Both the position numbers and the translations under genes were made by a program. The notes under the pieces are model-generated. The model saw only the letters and a program-made list of their open reading frames with translations, did no database searches and was not told where the DNA came from. A stretch of 64,000 bases of DNA from Bdellovibrionales bacterium (GTDB taxonomy: Bacteria > Bdellovibrionota > Bdellovibrionia > Bdellovibrionales > JAMPXM01), in the NCBI GenBank assembly GCA_043739185.1, contig JAYUEN010000398.1, positions 27,280 through 91,279 on the forward strand, written 5' to 3'. Shown here piece by piece: positions 9,610 to 20,407 of the stretch. How positions within the stretch are numbered: position 1 is the stretch's first letter; each line of letters begins with the position of its first letter.

Positions 9610-10671
9610 ATGAAACAAAAAATAGGTGATCAAAAAATATGGCGTGCAAGTGCTCCTTCAAATATTGCGCTCATAAAGTATATGGGCAAAGTTGACAGCC
9701 TTGGCAATCACCCCAGCAATTCGTCTTTGTCCTATACACTTGATCACCTGCAGAGCTATGTCGAATTGAAACTCGTTAATCTGACTCAAGATGTGGATTC
9801 ATGGCGGCCTTTAGAAGTTGAGGACCTTAGTAAGTTTGAGGATGCCCTGAGCCCCAGTTTTACCAAGCCAAATTTAAATGCTCAAGCGCAAACGCGTTTT
9901 CTAAAGCATCTTAAATTTGTAAAAGATAGTTTTCAGTTTCAAGGAAGTTTTGAAGTGCGCTCTGCCAATGGATTTCCGGCCGATTGTGGCCTGGCAAGTT
10001 CGGCCTCAAGTTTTGCCGCATTGACTCTTTGTGCGAGCCAGGCTTTAACCGAGTTGACCGGTCGAAAATCTTTCTCTCGGCTCGAAATTTCAGAGATGTC
10101 ACGTCATGGCTCGGGCTCATCTTGTCGCTCGCTATTTTCTCCGTGGGCAATTTGGAATTTCGAAGGTGCAAGTCCAGTTGACCTTGGCATTAAAAAATTG
10201 ATTCATCAGGTAGTCGTAGTCGATAGCGCAAAGAAAAAGGTTTCGAGCAGTGAAGCGCATAAGCGAGTGACAACCAGTCCACTATTTTTAAATCGACGCG
10301 AGCGTGCGGAGCTAAGATTAAAAGAATTGATGACTTCTTTACGCGCAAACAATTGGGCCGCGAGTTACCAGATCATGTGGTCTGAGTTTTGGGATATGCA
10401 GGCTTTGTTTGAAACTTCTAAACCGAGCTTTGGCTATTTGAGTGCGGACTCCGTACAGGTCTTGAGATGGCTGCAGCTAAATACTTGGGAACATCTCGGA
10501 GATGGTCCCCTCATCACTATGGATGCTGGTCCCAACGTTCATCTTTTGTACCGCGAAGATCAAAGGGAGATGGCAGAAATGGTTCAGCGTGAGCTCACTC
10601 CAATGATGAATGTCCTTTCGAGCTATGACTTTGAATCCTACCTTCGCCATTCAATAAAGAGTTCAAAATGA
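9610..10671 (+). CDS. mvaD: Diphosphomevalonate decarboxylase
   Basis: APSNIALIKYMGK, GLASSASSFAA, SGSSCRS and TMDAGPNVH motifs. Confidence 0.96.
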   Translation: MKQKIGDQKIWRASAPSNIALIKYMGKVDSLGNHPSNSSLSYTLDHLQSYVELKLVNLTQDVDSWRPLEVEDLSKFEDALSPSFTKPNLNAQAQTRFLKHLKFVKDSFQFQGSFEVRSANGFPADCGLASSASSFAALTLCASQALTELTGRKSFSRLEISEMSRHGSGSSCRSLFSPWAIWNFEGASPVDLGIKKLIHQVVVVDSAKKKVSSSEAHKRVTTSPLFLNRRERAELRLKELMTSLRANNWAASYQIMWSEFWDMQALFETSKPSFGYLSADSVQVLRWLQLNTWEHLGDGPLITMDAGPNVHLLYREDQREMAEMVQRELTPMMNVLSSYDFESYLRHSIKSSK

Positions 10672-11579
10672 GCTTTCAAAATATGTCAGCACAAGCTTTC
10701 GGAAAGTGGATTCTCTCGGGAGAACATACCGTCATTCGCGGCGGTCCGGCGCTTGTGTTTCCGGTTTTTGCAAAATCACTTTCGCTGAAATATATCGCCG
10801 ATCAAGCGCCCGCAAGTTGTCAATTCTTAGGTCAAAGCGGAAATGAATTTAAACTTTTGTTTTGGGGTGTGATGCAAAGAGGTTTGGAGCTGGCTCATAA
10901 ATCTGGTACCGAACTCAAGGGAAGATTTGAGTTCGATAGTTCAGTCCCTGTCGGGGCCGGTTTGGGGGCTTCGGCGACTTTGTGTGTTACTGTTGCCAAA
11001 TGGTTTCTCGCTCAAGAATTAATTCGAGAGTCTGACGTATACGAATTTGCCCGTCAGCTTGAAAATTTATTTCATGGCGAAAGTAGTGGCGTCGATATTG
11101 CCGTTGCACTGTCAGGAAAGGCTTTGCATTTTGAGCGTGAAGGTAAATGTTATGATTTTCAACCTGCTTGGCAGCCCATTTGGTATATTTCACATACCGG
11201 GAAAAATGGGATTACTTCTGAATGCGTAAGAAAGGTAAAACAACTTCAGGATCAGTTCCCAAGCTTAGCTCAAGAAATTGATTTGGATATGAAATCCGCC
11301 ACGGCTAAGGCAGAGAAAGCACTCGGCACTAAAACTGAAAATTCTTTAGCTGAATTGAGTATGGCGGTAGAATTGGCTCAGTCCTGTTTTCATAGGTGGG
11401 GACTTGCAGATGGTGACGTGGCAAAGCATATGGCAGCTCTCAAAGCTGCTGGAGCGCTTGCCGTAAAGCCAACTGGATCAGGTGATGGAGGTTATGTTTT
11501 GAGCCTCTGGAAGAGCTCGCCGAACGAAGCACTCAAAGAAATTCAAAACTTCTCATTGATCCCGCTTTTCAAGCAATAA
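10668..11579 (+). CDS. mvk: Mevalonate kinase
   Basis: GKWILSGEH, PVGAGLGASA, FHGESSGVD and KPTGSGDGG motifs. Confidence 0.92.
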   Translation: MSFQNMSAQAFGKWILSGEHTVIRGGPALVFPVFAKSLSLKYIADQAPASCQFLGQSGNEFKLLFWGVMQRGLELAHKSGTELKGRFEFDSSVPVGAGLGASATLCVTVAKWFLAQELIRESDVYEFARQLENLFHGESSGVDIAVALSGKALHFEREGKCYDFQPAWQPIWYISHTGKNGITSECVRKVKQLQDQFPSLAQEIDLDMKSATAKAEKALGTKTENSLAELSMAVELAQSCFHRWGLADGDVAKHMAALKAAGALAVKPTGSGDGGYVLSLWKSSPNEALKEIQNFSLIPLFKQ

Positions 11580-11586
11580 TTTTTTT

Positions 11587-11615
11587 CCTACTCCAGTCCT
11601 ACTCCAGTCCTACTC
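11587..11615. repeat. Short tandem repeat, 11-bp unit x2.6
   Basis: cctactccagt cctactccagt cctactc. Confidence 0.85.
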
Positions 11616-11726
11616 AATGGGGAGGCGCCTTAGCTGCGTCTCGTCTAAGGCTTTCAATTTGATTTTCATTTTGGATGTGCTAGCGTTTTGCGAGCCTAAA
11701 AGAGGCTTATCTTGAGGGGGATTTTT

Positions 11727-14243
11727 ATGGGGAAAAATTTATTAAGTAGTGTTTTGTTGATTTCTGTTTCGGCATTGTTTGCTTGTTCTAAAGAGGAGCC
11801 AACTCCGCCACCCAAAAATTTCGTTCAATCTGTGAGTTTTCAAACTTTAGATAAAAAAGTTTCAGTTGCGCCGGATAAGACATCTTCGCGATCTATACAA
11901 GTGCAAGCTGTTCTAGATAAAAAATCGATTTTGAATCAAGATTACTTTTATGTCTCAAATCTGCAGTACTCATCGATTTACGATAAGAAAAATGATCTTT
12001 ATACTCAGAGCAGTGCTTCGGCCTTGGTGCCAGTGCATTTTCGCATTGTAGGTAAAGAGCTGCATCTTATTGCGGATAACAAAATTCAATATCCAAGTGA
12101 TGTCAATCACCCTGAGCTCTTGATCACTCGCTATAAAATCATTGAAGAGACCGCAAGTACGCTCACGGTTTCAGAGGGAAATTCTGCAAGCTATCTCGCC
12201 TCTGAAATGCAGACAAATGCTTCAAGTGCAGGTGCAGCCGAAGACCTATGGGTCAGGTCTTTTGAGTTTGCGCCAGAGGGATCCTATCTACTTCAAGAAA
12301 CCAGTGTCCTCATGCCATCTGGTGATATTGGTGAATTCTTAGAGTCGGTTTTTCCGAGAGAAAATATGAAGCCCTCTTCAGCCTTCAAGATTTTTCAAAT
12401 GAATCCTGAAGAAACCTCAGGCACCACTGATCCTATTATGGGGCGATTTCGACTCTTGCAAAGCGATCGCATTTTTGCAGGTGAGACCAAGCTTTCATAT
12501 GCGGTTCATTTTGATTTACCAAACGATAAATCGACAATTGACTGGTATGTGACCGCGAATATTCCTGACGAAGATCTTGAAGCCATCGGCCTTTCCGTTG
12601 AAGGCTGGAATCGATATTTTAAAAATTTCAAAGGGCTTCATCGCGCCGTCATGAATTTTAAAGGCCGATTGCCAGCGGGAATTCACCTTGGAGATCCAAG
12701 ATACAATGTCATCAATTGGGATAGTCGACTGGTTGCGGGTGCAGCTTATGAATCACAGTCATTTGATCCGAGTAGCGGCAAGCAGGCCAACTCTATAATT
12801 TATATGCCAGCCGCTTGGATCAAAATCGGCATGTCTTACTGGTCGAGTGGTGAATTTTCTGAAGCTCAAAATCCTCCGAGTGTGGGGCACACCAAAGGAT
12901 TGCAAGGGCGCCCGGTTTGTTATCGAGATATGCATGATGCGGCCGCTTATTTGGCTTCGGGAAAATTGAAAGTCGGATCTGAAGAAAGTTTAAAAAAGTT
13001 CGGCGTTGAATTATTAAAGCAAACTCTTTTTCATGAGCTCGGCCATAGCTTAGGACTCGATCATAACTTTAAGGGCTCATTGTCTTACAAGCCAGCGGAT
13101 GCGAAACCAAATTTTTCGAATTCAATTATGGACTACAATGATTTTGAAATTGAACGGGCGGCATTTGAAGACCTTCACTCGGCACTTGGGCCGCAACTTG
13201 AATACGATCGTCAAGCGCTTAGTTTTTTGTATGACAATGGCTTAGATATTTCAAATTCAGATCCTATATTACCGGTTTGTAATGATAAAGAAGCTGACAA
13301 TGAGGTCGGTGGCATCGATCCTTTGTGTACGCGCTATGATATTGAAAGTGATCCGACCCATTCAATTATAGGTGCCTTGAACCGAATCAATCAATCAAGT
13401 TTGGCACACGATGTGAGTCTCAGCGAAGCGCTCTTGCAGGTTCCCGTTATCATTCTGAGCGCAGAAGCTTTAAGTAATATTAAGCTTAAGGCTGACTTTG
13501 ATCAAATCGTTCAAAAACTTTCGTCTGCTTTCGACGGCGTTTTAAATTACTATTTAAGTTCTGGGCGTTCGTCGCTTGGATATGCAACGCGGGCAAATTT
13601 AAAGTCGCTTTTTAAATTCAATGAAAAGGTTTCGCTGCTAGATTTAGATCCTCGATTGATGCGGGAAAATGTATTCAATGGCGTGACTCAAATTTTGAAG
13701 TTGAAGAGCCTGCCAGACAATGTGGCGGTGTCTTTGAGCAAAGCTCGTGATCAGGCATTAGAGCTTCTTAAAACTTCAAACTATTTGAGTGGAATTACGA
13801 CCAGTGAATCTGGACAAATCATTTTGGACAAACAAAAGCTTATGAGTAGTCATATCGCCAATTTTTCAAAAGATGAAAAATTAGGATTGCCAACGCTTCA
13901 TACTAAAATACTATCTGCGATGGTCAGGCACCCAGGCGTTTCATTTTTCTTTGGTAAATATGATAAGACTCAGGTGGATTACGAAATGCAAATCATTGCA
14001 TTGCTAAGTGAAGTGGCCTCTTTAAAGGAAAATACCGCAAGTGTGCGAATGGCGGCCGTGAAATCTTTAGCAAGCTTTACGGGCCGCAAATTGGGTGATG
14101 ATGCCATTTCAAAAGTAGGAACGGGTATTTTAGCAGAGCGGGATGCGGCAGAGGACAGCGATGCGCGTGATCTCACCGAGAGCTTAATGAAAGCAATCTC
14201 TGCCGGACCATCAAGCCCAAGCGCCGCGAGCACTCTCAGATAA
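11727..14243 (+). CDS. Zinc-dependent metalloprotease lipoprotein (met-zincin, EcxA/DUF4953-like)
   Basis: Lipobox LFAC; GDPRYNVINW; HELGHSLGLDHN; Met-turn SIMDY. Confidence 0.88.
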   Translation: MGKNLLSSVLLISVSALFACSKEEPTPPPKNFVQSVSFQTLDKKVSVAPDKTSSRSIQVQAVLDKKSILNQDYFYVSNLQYSSIYDKKNDLYTQSSASALVPVHFRIVGKELHLIADNKIQYPSDVNHPELLITRYKIIEETASTLTVSEGNSASYLASEMQTNASSAGAAEDLWVRSFEFAPEGSYLLQETSVLMPSGDIGEFLESVFPRENMKPSSAFKIFQMNPEETSGTTDPIMGRFRLLQSDRIFAGETKLSYAVHFDLPNDKSTIDWYVTANIPDEDLEAIGLSVEGWNRYFKNFKGLHRAVMNFKGRLPAGIHLGDPRYNVINWDSRLVAGAAYESQSFDPSSGKQANSIIYMPAAWIKIGMSYWSSGEFSEAQNPPSVGHTKGLQGRPVCYRDMHDAAAYLASGKLKVGSEESLKKFGVELLKQTLFHELGHSLGLDHNFKGSLSYKPADAKPNFSNSIMDYNDFEIERAAFEDLHSALGPQLEYDRQALSFLYDNGLDISNSDPILPVCNDKEADNEVGGIDPLCTRYDIESDPTHSIIGALNRINQSSLAHDVSLSEALLQVPVIILSAEALSNIKLKADFDQIVQKLSSAFDGVLNYYLSSGRSSLGYATRANLKSLFKFNEKVSLLDLDPRLMRENVFNGVTQILKLKSLPDNVAVSLSKARDQALELLKTSNYLSGITTSESGQIILDKQKLMSSHIANFSKDEKLGLPTLHTKILSAMVRHPGVSFFFGKYDKTQVDYEMQIIALLSEVASLKENTASVRMAAVKSLASFTGRKLGDDAISKVGTGILAERDAAEDSDARDLTESLMKAISAGPSSPSAASTLR

Positions 14244-14362
14244 GAAGAGTCCTAAATTAATGCGACCGAGGCGTCCGAGGAGAAGGTGCGGAGGCCTACT
14301 CCAGGTAGGCCGCACAAACCGACGACGAAGGCAACGAAGGGCCCATTAATTTAGGACTCTTC
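14244..14362. mobile_element. Palindromic MITE-like element, 119 bp
   Basis: Perfect 19-bp terminal inverted repeats (gaagagtcctaaattaatg / cattaatttaggactcttc), TAA on both flanks, internal ggcctac...gtaggcc hairpin. Confidence 0.8.
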
Positions 14363-15101
14363 TAACATAATAAGAATACATGGCGATGCTAATCGCTGTG
14401 GCAGCATTAAGTGACTCTACATTTGCTGCGCTTGGAATTTGAATTCTCTTGATTTTCATTTCCTTTGGTATGCCGCGACCCTCTTCTCCTACTAAGAGAA
14501 AACTATTTTTTGGCCACTTAAACTGCGCCAAATTTTCGCCGTTCATATCTAGAGCCAAAGTATTTTTGAGCAATTCTGGGCTTAGCTCTAGGATAGAGGG
14601 GCCAATTTCATAGTTCACTTTTAAAACATTGCCCGCAGAAGCTCTAACCGCACGCGGATGAAATGGAGATGCAGATTCCTTTAATAAAATGACCTTACTG
14701 ACTTCAAAGGAAGCGCAAGAGCGAATAATGGTGCCGAGATTAGATGGTTCTGAGACTGCAACTAATAATTCGAGACCTTTGGGCTCGTGGTGTTGCAATT
14801 TTAGAATCGTCGGAACTTTACAGACTAAAATCGGAAAACGCGTCCCGAAAATATCGAGCTCCGAAAAAAGTTCGTTTGATAATTCGATGCGATCTATTGA
14901 TTTGGCGGCGAGATTAAGCTTATGGCCAGGCCCAAGAATCAAAGCTTCGACGGTCTCAGGATTCTCTGCGAGGACTTCATTAACAAATTTCTCTCCCCAA
15001 ATTAAAAATCGATTTTGCCGATGAATGCCCTTTGATGAAAGAAGTTTTTTGTATTCACTAAATATTGGGTTTTGTAGTGAGCTTATACTTTTGGGCGACA
15101 T
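14346..15101 (-). CDS. TrmH/SpoU family RNA 2'-O-methyltransferase
   Basis: PSNLGTIIRS, VRASAG, VGEEGRG and VESLNAATA SPOUT motifs. Confidence 0.93.
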   Translation of the reverse strand: MSPKSISSLQNPIFSEYKKLLSSKGIHRQNRFLIWGEKFVNEVLAENPETVEALILGPGHKLNLAAKSIDRIELSNELFSELDIFGTRFPILVCKVPTILKLQHHEPKGLELLVAVSEPSNLGTIIRSCASFEVSKVILLKESASPFHPRAVRASAGNVLKVNYEIGPSILELSPELLKNTLALDMNGENLAQFKWPKNSFLLVGEEGRGIPKEMKIKRIQIPSAANVESLNAATAISIAMYSYYVRRVLN

Positions 15102-15102
15102 C

Positions 15103-15831
15103 TTATTTTGGTTTCAGTGCAAGCTGAGGGGCAGCCTTAAATTTTCTAAATACCAGCAAGGTTCTCTCATGTGAAGTTTTTGGCAGAACGTAAGGCGTAT
15201 TTTTCTCTAGCCTAAAATATTCGCCCCACTTACTAAGTGCTGGCGCAATTTCGTGTTGGCAATTCGGACCCTTCATCAGGACAAGGCTTCCTCCGACGTT
15301 TAAACACATCATGACATTTGAAATTGAGGACTCCGCACTCTCGACGGCCCTAGTGATGACACTCTGAACAGGATAGATAAAGTCTTCATTTACATAGCGT
15401 CCGATGATATCCAGATTTGGTAGCTTGAGTTCGTCGCGAACAAGCTTGAGAAAATCAACGCGCTTTTGCACGCCTTCGGCAAGTATTAAGCGCTGATCGG
15501 GCAGATGAATTTTAAGCGGAATTCCGGGAAAGCCGGGGCCAGTTCCCATATCAAGGAGCGGGAACTCTAACTTTGTAAGTCTTGGTATCATCAGGCAATC
15601 AATAAAATGTTTAATGGCGACATCGCGCAAGGTGATGAGGCGAGTAAAGTTTTGTGACTTTTGATTTTGCATGAGGAGCAGATAAAAGCGGACAAGTTCA
15701 TGCCTTTGCGCATGCGGATAATCACCAAAGTCATGATTGCGAAAGACATCATAAACACGGTCGTCGGCTTCAGCAAAACTAAAGCTTTCTTGGGGTTTTT
15801 TATGGTTGGGGCGAGATCTGTTTTTTTGCAT
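15103..15831 (-). CDS. rsmG: 16S rRNA m7G527 methyltransferase RsmG
   Basis: [28 protein letters not shown] and MKG motifs. Confidence 0.92.
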   Translation of the reverse strand: MQKNRSRPNHKKPQESFSFAEADDRVYDVFRNHDFGDYPHAQRHELVRFYLLLMQNQKSQNFTRLITLRDVAIKHFIDCLMIPRLTKLEFPLLDMGTGPGFPGIPLKIHLPDQRLILAEGVQKRVDFLKLVRDELKLPNLDIIGRYVNEDFIYPVQSVITRAVESAESSISNVMMCLNVGGSLVLMKGPNCQHEIAPALSKWGEYFRLEKNTPYVLPKTSHERTLLVFRKFKAAPQLALKPK

Positions 15832-15885
15832 TTGAATCGCGTAAATGTAATTGAAAAAAAACATAAAATCATTCAGTATTTTGGA

Positions 15886-16911
15886 ATGTTAAAAGAAAAA
15901 CTCGACCTACTAAAAATCCAAGCTACGGGCTCTTTTCAAGAGGCTCAAACCACCAACCAGCTTTTTGAAAAAAAAGCGCAATTCCTGGGTAAACAGGGGC
16001 AGATCTCGCTCTTAATGAAAGATCTTGCAGGCCTCAAGCCTGAAGAACGGCCTGCCTTTGGGAAAATTGTCAATGAAGTGAAGCTTGAACTTGAAAAGGT
16101 ATTTTCAGAAGCTGAGGCCAAGCTTAAAGCTTCTGAGCTCGGTCAAAAATTAAATGCAGAGTTCATTGATTTGACTTTACCAGGGCCCATTCGGTCGGTT
16201 GGCACTCATCATCCGATTTCGATGGTGATTGATGAAATCACGTCGATTTTGGCGAGACTCGGTTACAGCGTCCGAACCGGCCCATTGATTGAGAAGGATC
16301 GATATAATTTTGAGGCGCTTAATATTCCAAAGGATCATCCCGCAAGAGATATGCAGGATACTTTTTATATTGATAGTGACCATGTCTTGCGAACCCACAC
16401 CTCGCCAATTCAGATTCATGTTTTAGAAAATGAAAAGCCACCCTTACGCGTACTGGGAGTAGGGCCCGTATTTCGCTGTGACAGTGATGTTTCACATTCG
16501 CCCAACTTTCATCAGATTGAGGGAATGTTGGTAGATGAAAATGTTTCAATGGCCGACCTGAAAGGAACTATTTCGTTTTTTGTTAAAGAATTTTTTGGAA
16601 AAGAACTCAAGACCAGGTTTCGCCCCAGCTTTTTTCCTTTTACCGAGCCCTCAGCAGAGGTGGATTGTTCTTGCCCGCTTTGCAAAGGCAAGGGTTGCAG
16701 TATGTGTGGCCAGAGTGGCTGGGTTGAAATCGGTGGAAGTGGCCTGATCAATCCTAATGTTTTTAAAGCCGCCGGTGTTGAGTATCCAAAATGGACTGGT
16801 TTTGCATTCGGATTTGGGGTCGAACGCATGGCCATTATAAAATATGGAATCGATGACATTCGACTCTTTTCTGAAAATCATCTTCACTTTTTAAGGCAGT
16901 TTCCAGTATGA
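15886..16911 (+). CDS. pheS: Phenylalanine--tRNA ligase alpha subunit
   Basis: [29 protein letters not shown] and FAFGFGVER motifs; likely start is the ATG at 15886. Confidence 0.98.
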   Translation: MLKEKLDLLKIQATGSFQEAQTTNQLFEKKAQFLGKQGQISLLMKDLAGLKPEERPAFGKIVNEVKLELEKVFSEAEAKLKASELGQKLNAEFIDLTLPGPIRSVGTHHPISMVIDEITSILARLGYSVRTGPLIEKDRYNFEALNIPKDHPARDMQDTFYIDSDHVLRTHTSPIQIHVLENEKPPLRVLGVGPVFRCDSDVSHSPNFHQIEGMLVDENVSMADLKGTISFFVKEFFGKELKTRFRPSFFPFTEPSAEVDCSCPLCKGKGCSMCGQSGWVEIGGSGLINPNVFKAAGVEYPKWTGFAFGFGVERMAIIKYGIDDIRLFSENHLHFLRQFPV

Positions 16912-19355
16912 AAATTTCATTAAAATGGCTAAACGACTACGTCGATATTAAAGAATTTTTTGCCAAACCCAAAGAGCTTGCGGCCATCCTCACTTCCGCC
17001 GGACTCGAGGTTGAGAGTATTTCGGATCAAGCCAAGCAATTTGAATTTGTTGTTATCGGACATATTTTAAAAAAAGATCAGCACCCCAATGCAGATCGAT
17101 TGAGTCTTTGCCAAGTTTCAACCGGCGAAGGTCGCATTCACCAAATTGTTTGTGGGGCGCAAAATCATAAACAAAATGACAATGTGGTCGTGGCCTTGCC
17201 TGGTGCGATTTTGCCTGGTGATTTTGCAATCAAACTCTCTAAGATTCGTGGTGTCGAGTCTTCAGGAATGTTGTGCTCTGAAAAAGAATTAGGTTTAAAA
17301 AATGAGAGCGAAGGCATTTTGATATTGCCACAAAACGCACCTATCGGAAAATCTTATGCCGAGCATATGGGTTACGACGACGTACTTTTCGAATTGAAGG
17401 TCACCCCAAATCGTGCGGATTGTTTGAGTCACTTCGGCTTAGCTCGGGAGATCGCTTGTCTCTTGGGGCGCGAATGTGTGCTTCCTATTGAGTCTATGAT
17501 TGAGAGTGCAGATTCTACAAAGAAAATGATTCAGCTCGAAGTGAAAAGCTCAGATGCCTGCCCAAGATATGCCGGACGGGCTATCAAGGGCGTGAAAGTT
17601 GCGTCGTCGCCTGATTGGCTTAAAAAACGTCTTGATAGTATTGGGGTCAAACCAATTAATAATATTGTAGATGTCACCAACTACGTGATGCATGAATTGG
17701 GACAGCCTTTACATGCTTTTGATACGAAGGAAATTAAGGGCTCAAAAATTACGGTTGATCTTGCCGTCCCCAAAGAAAAATTTGTTAGTCTTGACGGCTC
17801 TGAAAAGACTTTATCAGGTGAAGAATTGACGATTCGAGATAGTGAGCGCGTGATTGCGCTGGCAGGAATTGTTGGCGGCAAAAACTCTGGCATTCAAGAT
17901 TCAACGCAATATATTTTCATTGAAGCCGCCTACTTTGCAGCCGCAGGCATTCGAAAAACATCTCGAAGCCTAGGAATTGAAACAGATTCTTCTTATCGCT
18001 TTAGTCGAGGGGTCAATCCTGAGGCCGTTCCGCTTGCAATGAATCGCGCCGCCCAAATGATTCAAAAACTAGCTGGTGGCGAAATAGTAGGGGATGCTTA
18101 TGATATTTATCCAAAAGCCATTTATCCGTCTGCAATTTCGATATCACTCGATCTACTGACCAATCGACTCGGCTACAAAGTAGAAGCCTCTGAATTCGTA
18201 AGTTGGATGAAGCGTCTGGGGTGTCAGCTTACTGAGAAAGCTACTAACAAATGGGAAATTGTGACTCCAGTTTTTCGCACGGATATGAATATTGATATGG
18301 ATCTAGTAGAGGAGTTCGCAAGACTTCATGGCTACCAGAATATTCCCGAGAAACTGCCTGCTCTCGATGCTTCTCCCTCGCAAGATGTGTCTGCATTTCA
18401 AAATGATAAGCGGCTGCGAAATATTTGGGTATCGCTTGGCTATCAACAAGTTATTCATCACGCCTTCACCTCTGAAAAGTGGCAGTCGCAAATTTTAGGC
18501 GATGTTGCGAAGTTGATTCCCTATGGGCTAAAGTCAATTGAGAAGCCGATCCAATTGGTGAATCCGTTAAATGAAGAAATTGGTGTAATGAGAACTTCGC
18601 TCGCACCGGGACTCATTAAAAATGTCGCCCACAATTTCAATAATTCTGTATTTAGTGGTCAAATTTTTGAAATTGGGTTTGCACATTTTTTGGCAAACGC
18701 CGAAGCCTCGAAAAACAAATACGAACAGGAGATGCGCCTTGGCCTTGCGGTTTGGGGAATCGACGTCAATCTTTGGCAAAAGCTTCAAGATATTCCCTCT
18801 GTTTTTCAATTGAAGTCAGATTTAGGGGTTTTGTTTAAGAAGTTGAATATTAGTAAGTTGAGTTTTGAGATGACGAAGACGCCAGCTGATTTTCTGCATC
18901 CAAAACAAAGTGCCGTAATCAACGCTGAAGGCAAAGCTATAGGATATATCGGAAGTCTTCATCCGAGTATTCTTGAAGAACATAAAATTCGCGCCCAGGT
19001 AGCGATACTAGAATTGAATATAGATAAATTGATGCTCGGTCAGCCGCGAGTCTTTCGATATCAAGGCCTTTCGCGAATGCCTTCTGTTGATCGCGACTTA
19101 AGTTTTGTAATGCCAAAAGACCTACAAGCTTCGCAAATTGAGGCCGTGATCAAACAAAATGCAGGTCCTCTGCTAAAAGAAGTAAAGATTGTAGATTTGT
19201 TCAAGGGCGGAAGCCTTAAGGAAAATGAGCAAAGCTTAAGCTTTAGGCTTGTCTTTCAAGATCCAAATTTGAGCCTTGCAGATGCTCAAATCAATGAGCT
19301 TCGCGATAAAATAGTAAATGCAGTCAGTCAAAAATTTCAGATTGGTCTGAGATAG
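16908..19355 (+). CDS. pheT: Phenylalanine--tRNA ligase beta subunit
   Basis: [29 protein letters not shown] and [12 protein letters not shown] motifs. Confidence 0.98.
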   Translation: MKISLKWLNDYVDIKEFFAKPKELAAILTSAGLEVESISDQAKQFEFVVIGHILKKDQHPNADRLSLCQVSTGEGRIHQIVCGAQNHKQNDNVVVALPGAILPGDFAIKLSKIRGVESSGMLCSEKELGLKNESEGILILPQNAPIGKSYAEHMGYDDVLFELKVTPNRADCLSHFGLAREIACLLGRECVLPIESMIESADSTKKMIQLEVKSSDACPRYAGRAIKGVKVASSPDWLKKRLDSIGVKPINNIVDVTNYVMHELGQPLHAFDTKEIKGSKITVDLAVPKEKFVSLDGSEKTLSGEELTIRDSERVIALAGIVGGKNSGIQDSTQYIFIEAAYFAAAGIRKTSRSLGIETDSSYRFSRGVNPEAVPLAMNRAAQMIQKLAGGEIVGDAYDIYPKAIYPSAISISLDLLTNRLGYKVEASEFVSWMKRLGCQLTEKATNKWEIVTPVFRTDMNIDMDLVEEFARLHGYQNIPEKLPALDASPSQDVSAFQNDKRLRNIWVSLGYQQVIHHAFTSEKWQSQILGDVAKLIPYGLKSIEKPIQLVNPLNEEIGVMRTSLAPGLIKNVAHNFNNSVFSGQIFEIGFAHFLANAEASKNKYEQEMRLGLAVWGIDVNLWQKLQDIPSVFQLKSDLGVLFKKLNISKLSFEMTKTPADFLHPKQSAVINAEGKAIGYIGSLHPSILEEHKIRAQVAILELNIDKLMLGQPRVFRYQGLSRMPSVDRDLSFVMPKDLQASQIEAVIKQNAGPLLKEVKIVDLFKGGSLKENEQSLSFRLVFQDPNLSLADAQINELRDKIVNAVSQKFQIGLR

Positions 19356-19470
19356 ACTGCAATTGTCACGAGTCGTCTAATTAGGTCTAGTTTCAACATA
19401 AATCTTGATAGTTTTCAGCTACTTGGTAGCCTTAGATTTATGTAAATGTAAACGAGACAGGGAGACTGTG

Positions 19471-19815
19471 ATGACGTCTGAAAAAACCGAACGCTCAACA
19501 ATGACCAAGGCTGATATTGTTGAAAAGGTTTATCAAAAAATTGGTTTTTCAAAAAAAGAAGCTTCCGAATTGGTGGAGTTGGTATTTTCATCCCTCAAGG
19601 AAGTTTTACAAAATGGTGATAAAGTAAAAATTTCTGGATTTGGAAATTTTTTAGTTCGAGAAAAACACGAACGCGTTGGGAGAAATCCTCAAACTGGCGC
19701 ACAAATGAAAATTAGCGCAAGACGTGTTATTAGTTTTCGACCTTCTCAAGTTTTGAAGGCTTTACTTGATGGTGAAGATATAACTGGTTTGAAAGAAGAT
19801 GACGACGATGAGTGA
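19471..19815 (+). CDS. ihfA: Integration host factor subunit alpha
   Basis: MTKADIV, VKISGFGNF, GRNPQTG and FRPSQVLK motifs; follows pheT. Confidence 0.95.
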   Translation: MTSEKTERSTMTKADIVEKVYQKIGFSKKEASELVELVFSSLKEVLQNGDKVKISGFGNFLVREKHERVGRNPQTGAQMKISARRVISFRPSQVLKALLDGEDITGLKEDDDDE

Positions 19816-20407
19816 GATTGAGCTGATCACAGATAAAACTCAACTTGAAAAGCATGATGAAAAATCAGAATTGAAGTCTGAAGTCGCCGCGCCAAATTCA
19901 ACGGGAGCCTTGTTTCCAGTTGATTTTGCTATCGAGAAAGTAAACTTCACAGAAAATGTTTTTGATGAAATCGAGCTACGCTCTCCAGAGCAACAGAGTA
20001 TCCCTTTATATATTGATCAAGAAGACATAGCTTCTCTTGAAAATATTCCGAAAAAAATGGCATTTAAAATTGGTGAAGTTGCCGAAATGGTCGGTGTTAA
20101 GCAATATGTTTTAAGATACTGGGAAAGTGAATTTGAACAACTTCACCCAAAAAAATCTAAATTCAATCAACGAGTCTATACACGAAAAGATGTTGAAAAC
20201 GCCTTGCTCATAAAAAAACTTTTATACAAAGATCGATTCTCAATTGAGGGCGCTCGAAGTGCCATGAAGCAGTTGAAGGAGCAGGTAAAAGAAGAGCGTG
20301 CCGTTCGTCACATTAGTCACAATCAAGAGCATATTATCGAGATGGTAACTGATCTCATGTCACAAATTCAAAAGATGAAACAAAAGTTAATTAAAGTAAA
20401 TCTTTAG
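19808..20407 (+). CDS. MerR-family transcriptional regulator
   Basis: FKIGEVAEMVGVKQYVLRYWESEF; conserved position after ihfA. Confidence 0.9.
   Translation: MSEIELITDKTQLEKHDEKSELKSEVAAPNSTGALFPVDFAIEKVNFTENVFDEIELRSPEQQSIPLYIDQEDIASLENIPKKMAFKIGEVAEMVGVKQYVLRYWESEFEQLHPKKSKFNQRVYTRKDVENALLIKKLLYKDRFSIEGARSAMKQLKEQVKEERAVRHISHNQEHIIEMVTDLMSQIQKMKQKLIKVNL

Noticed and set aside
15661..15885. N-terminal extension of PheS in the ORF track
   Set aside because: Overlaps rsmG on the opposite strand; PheS-like sequence starts at the ATG at 15886.
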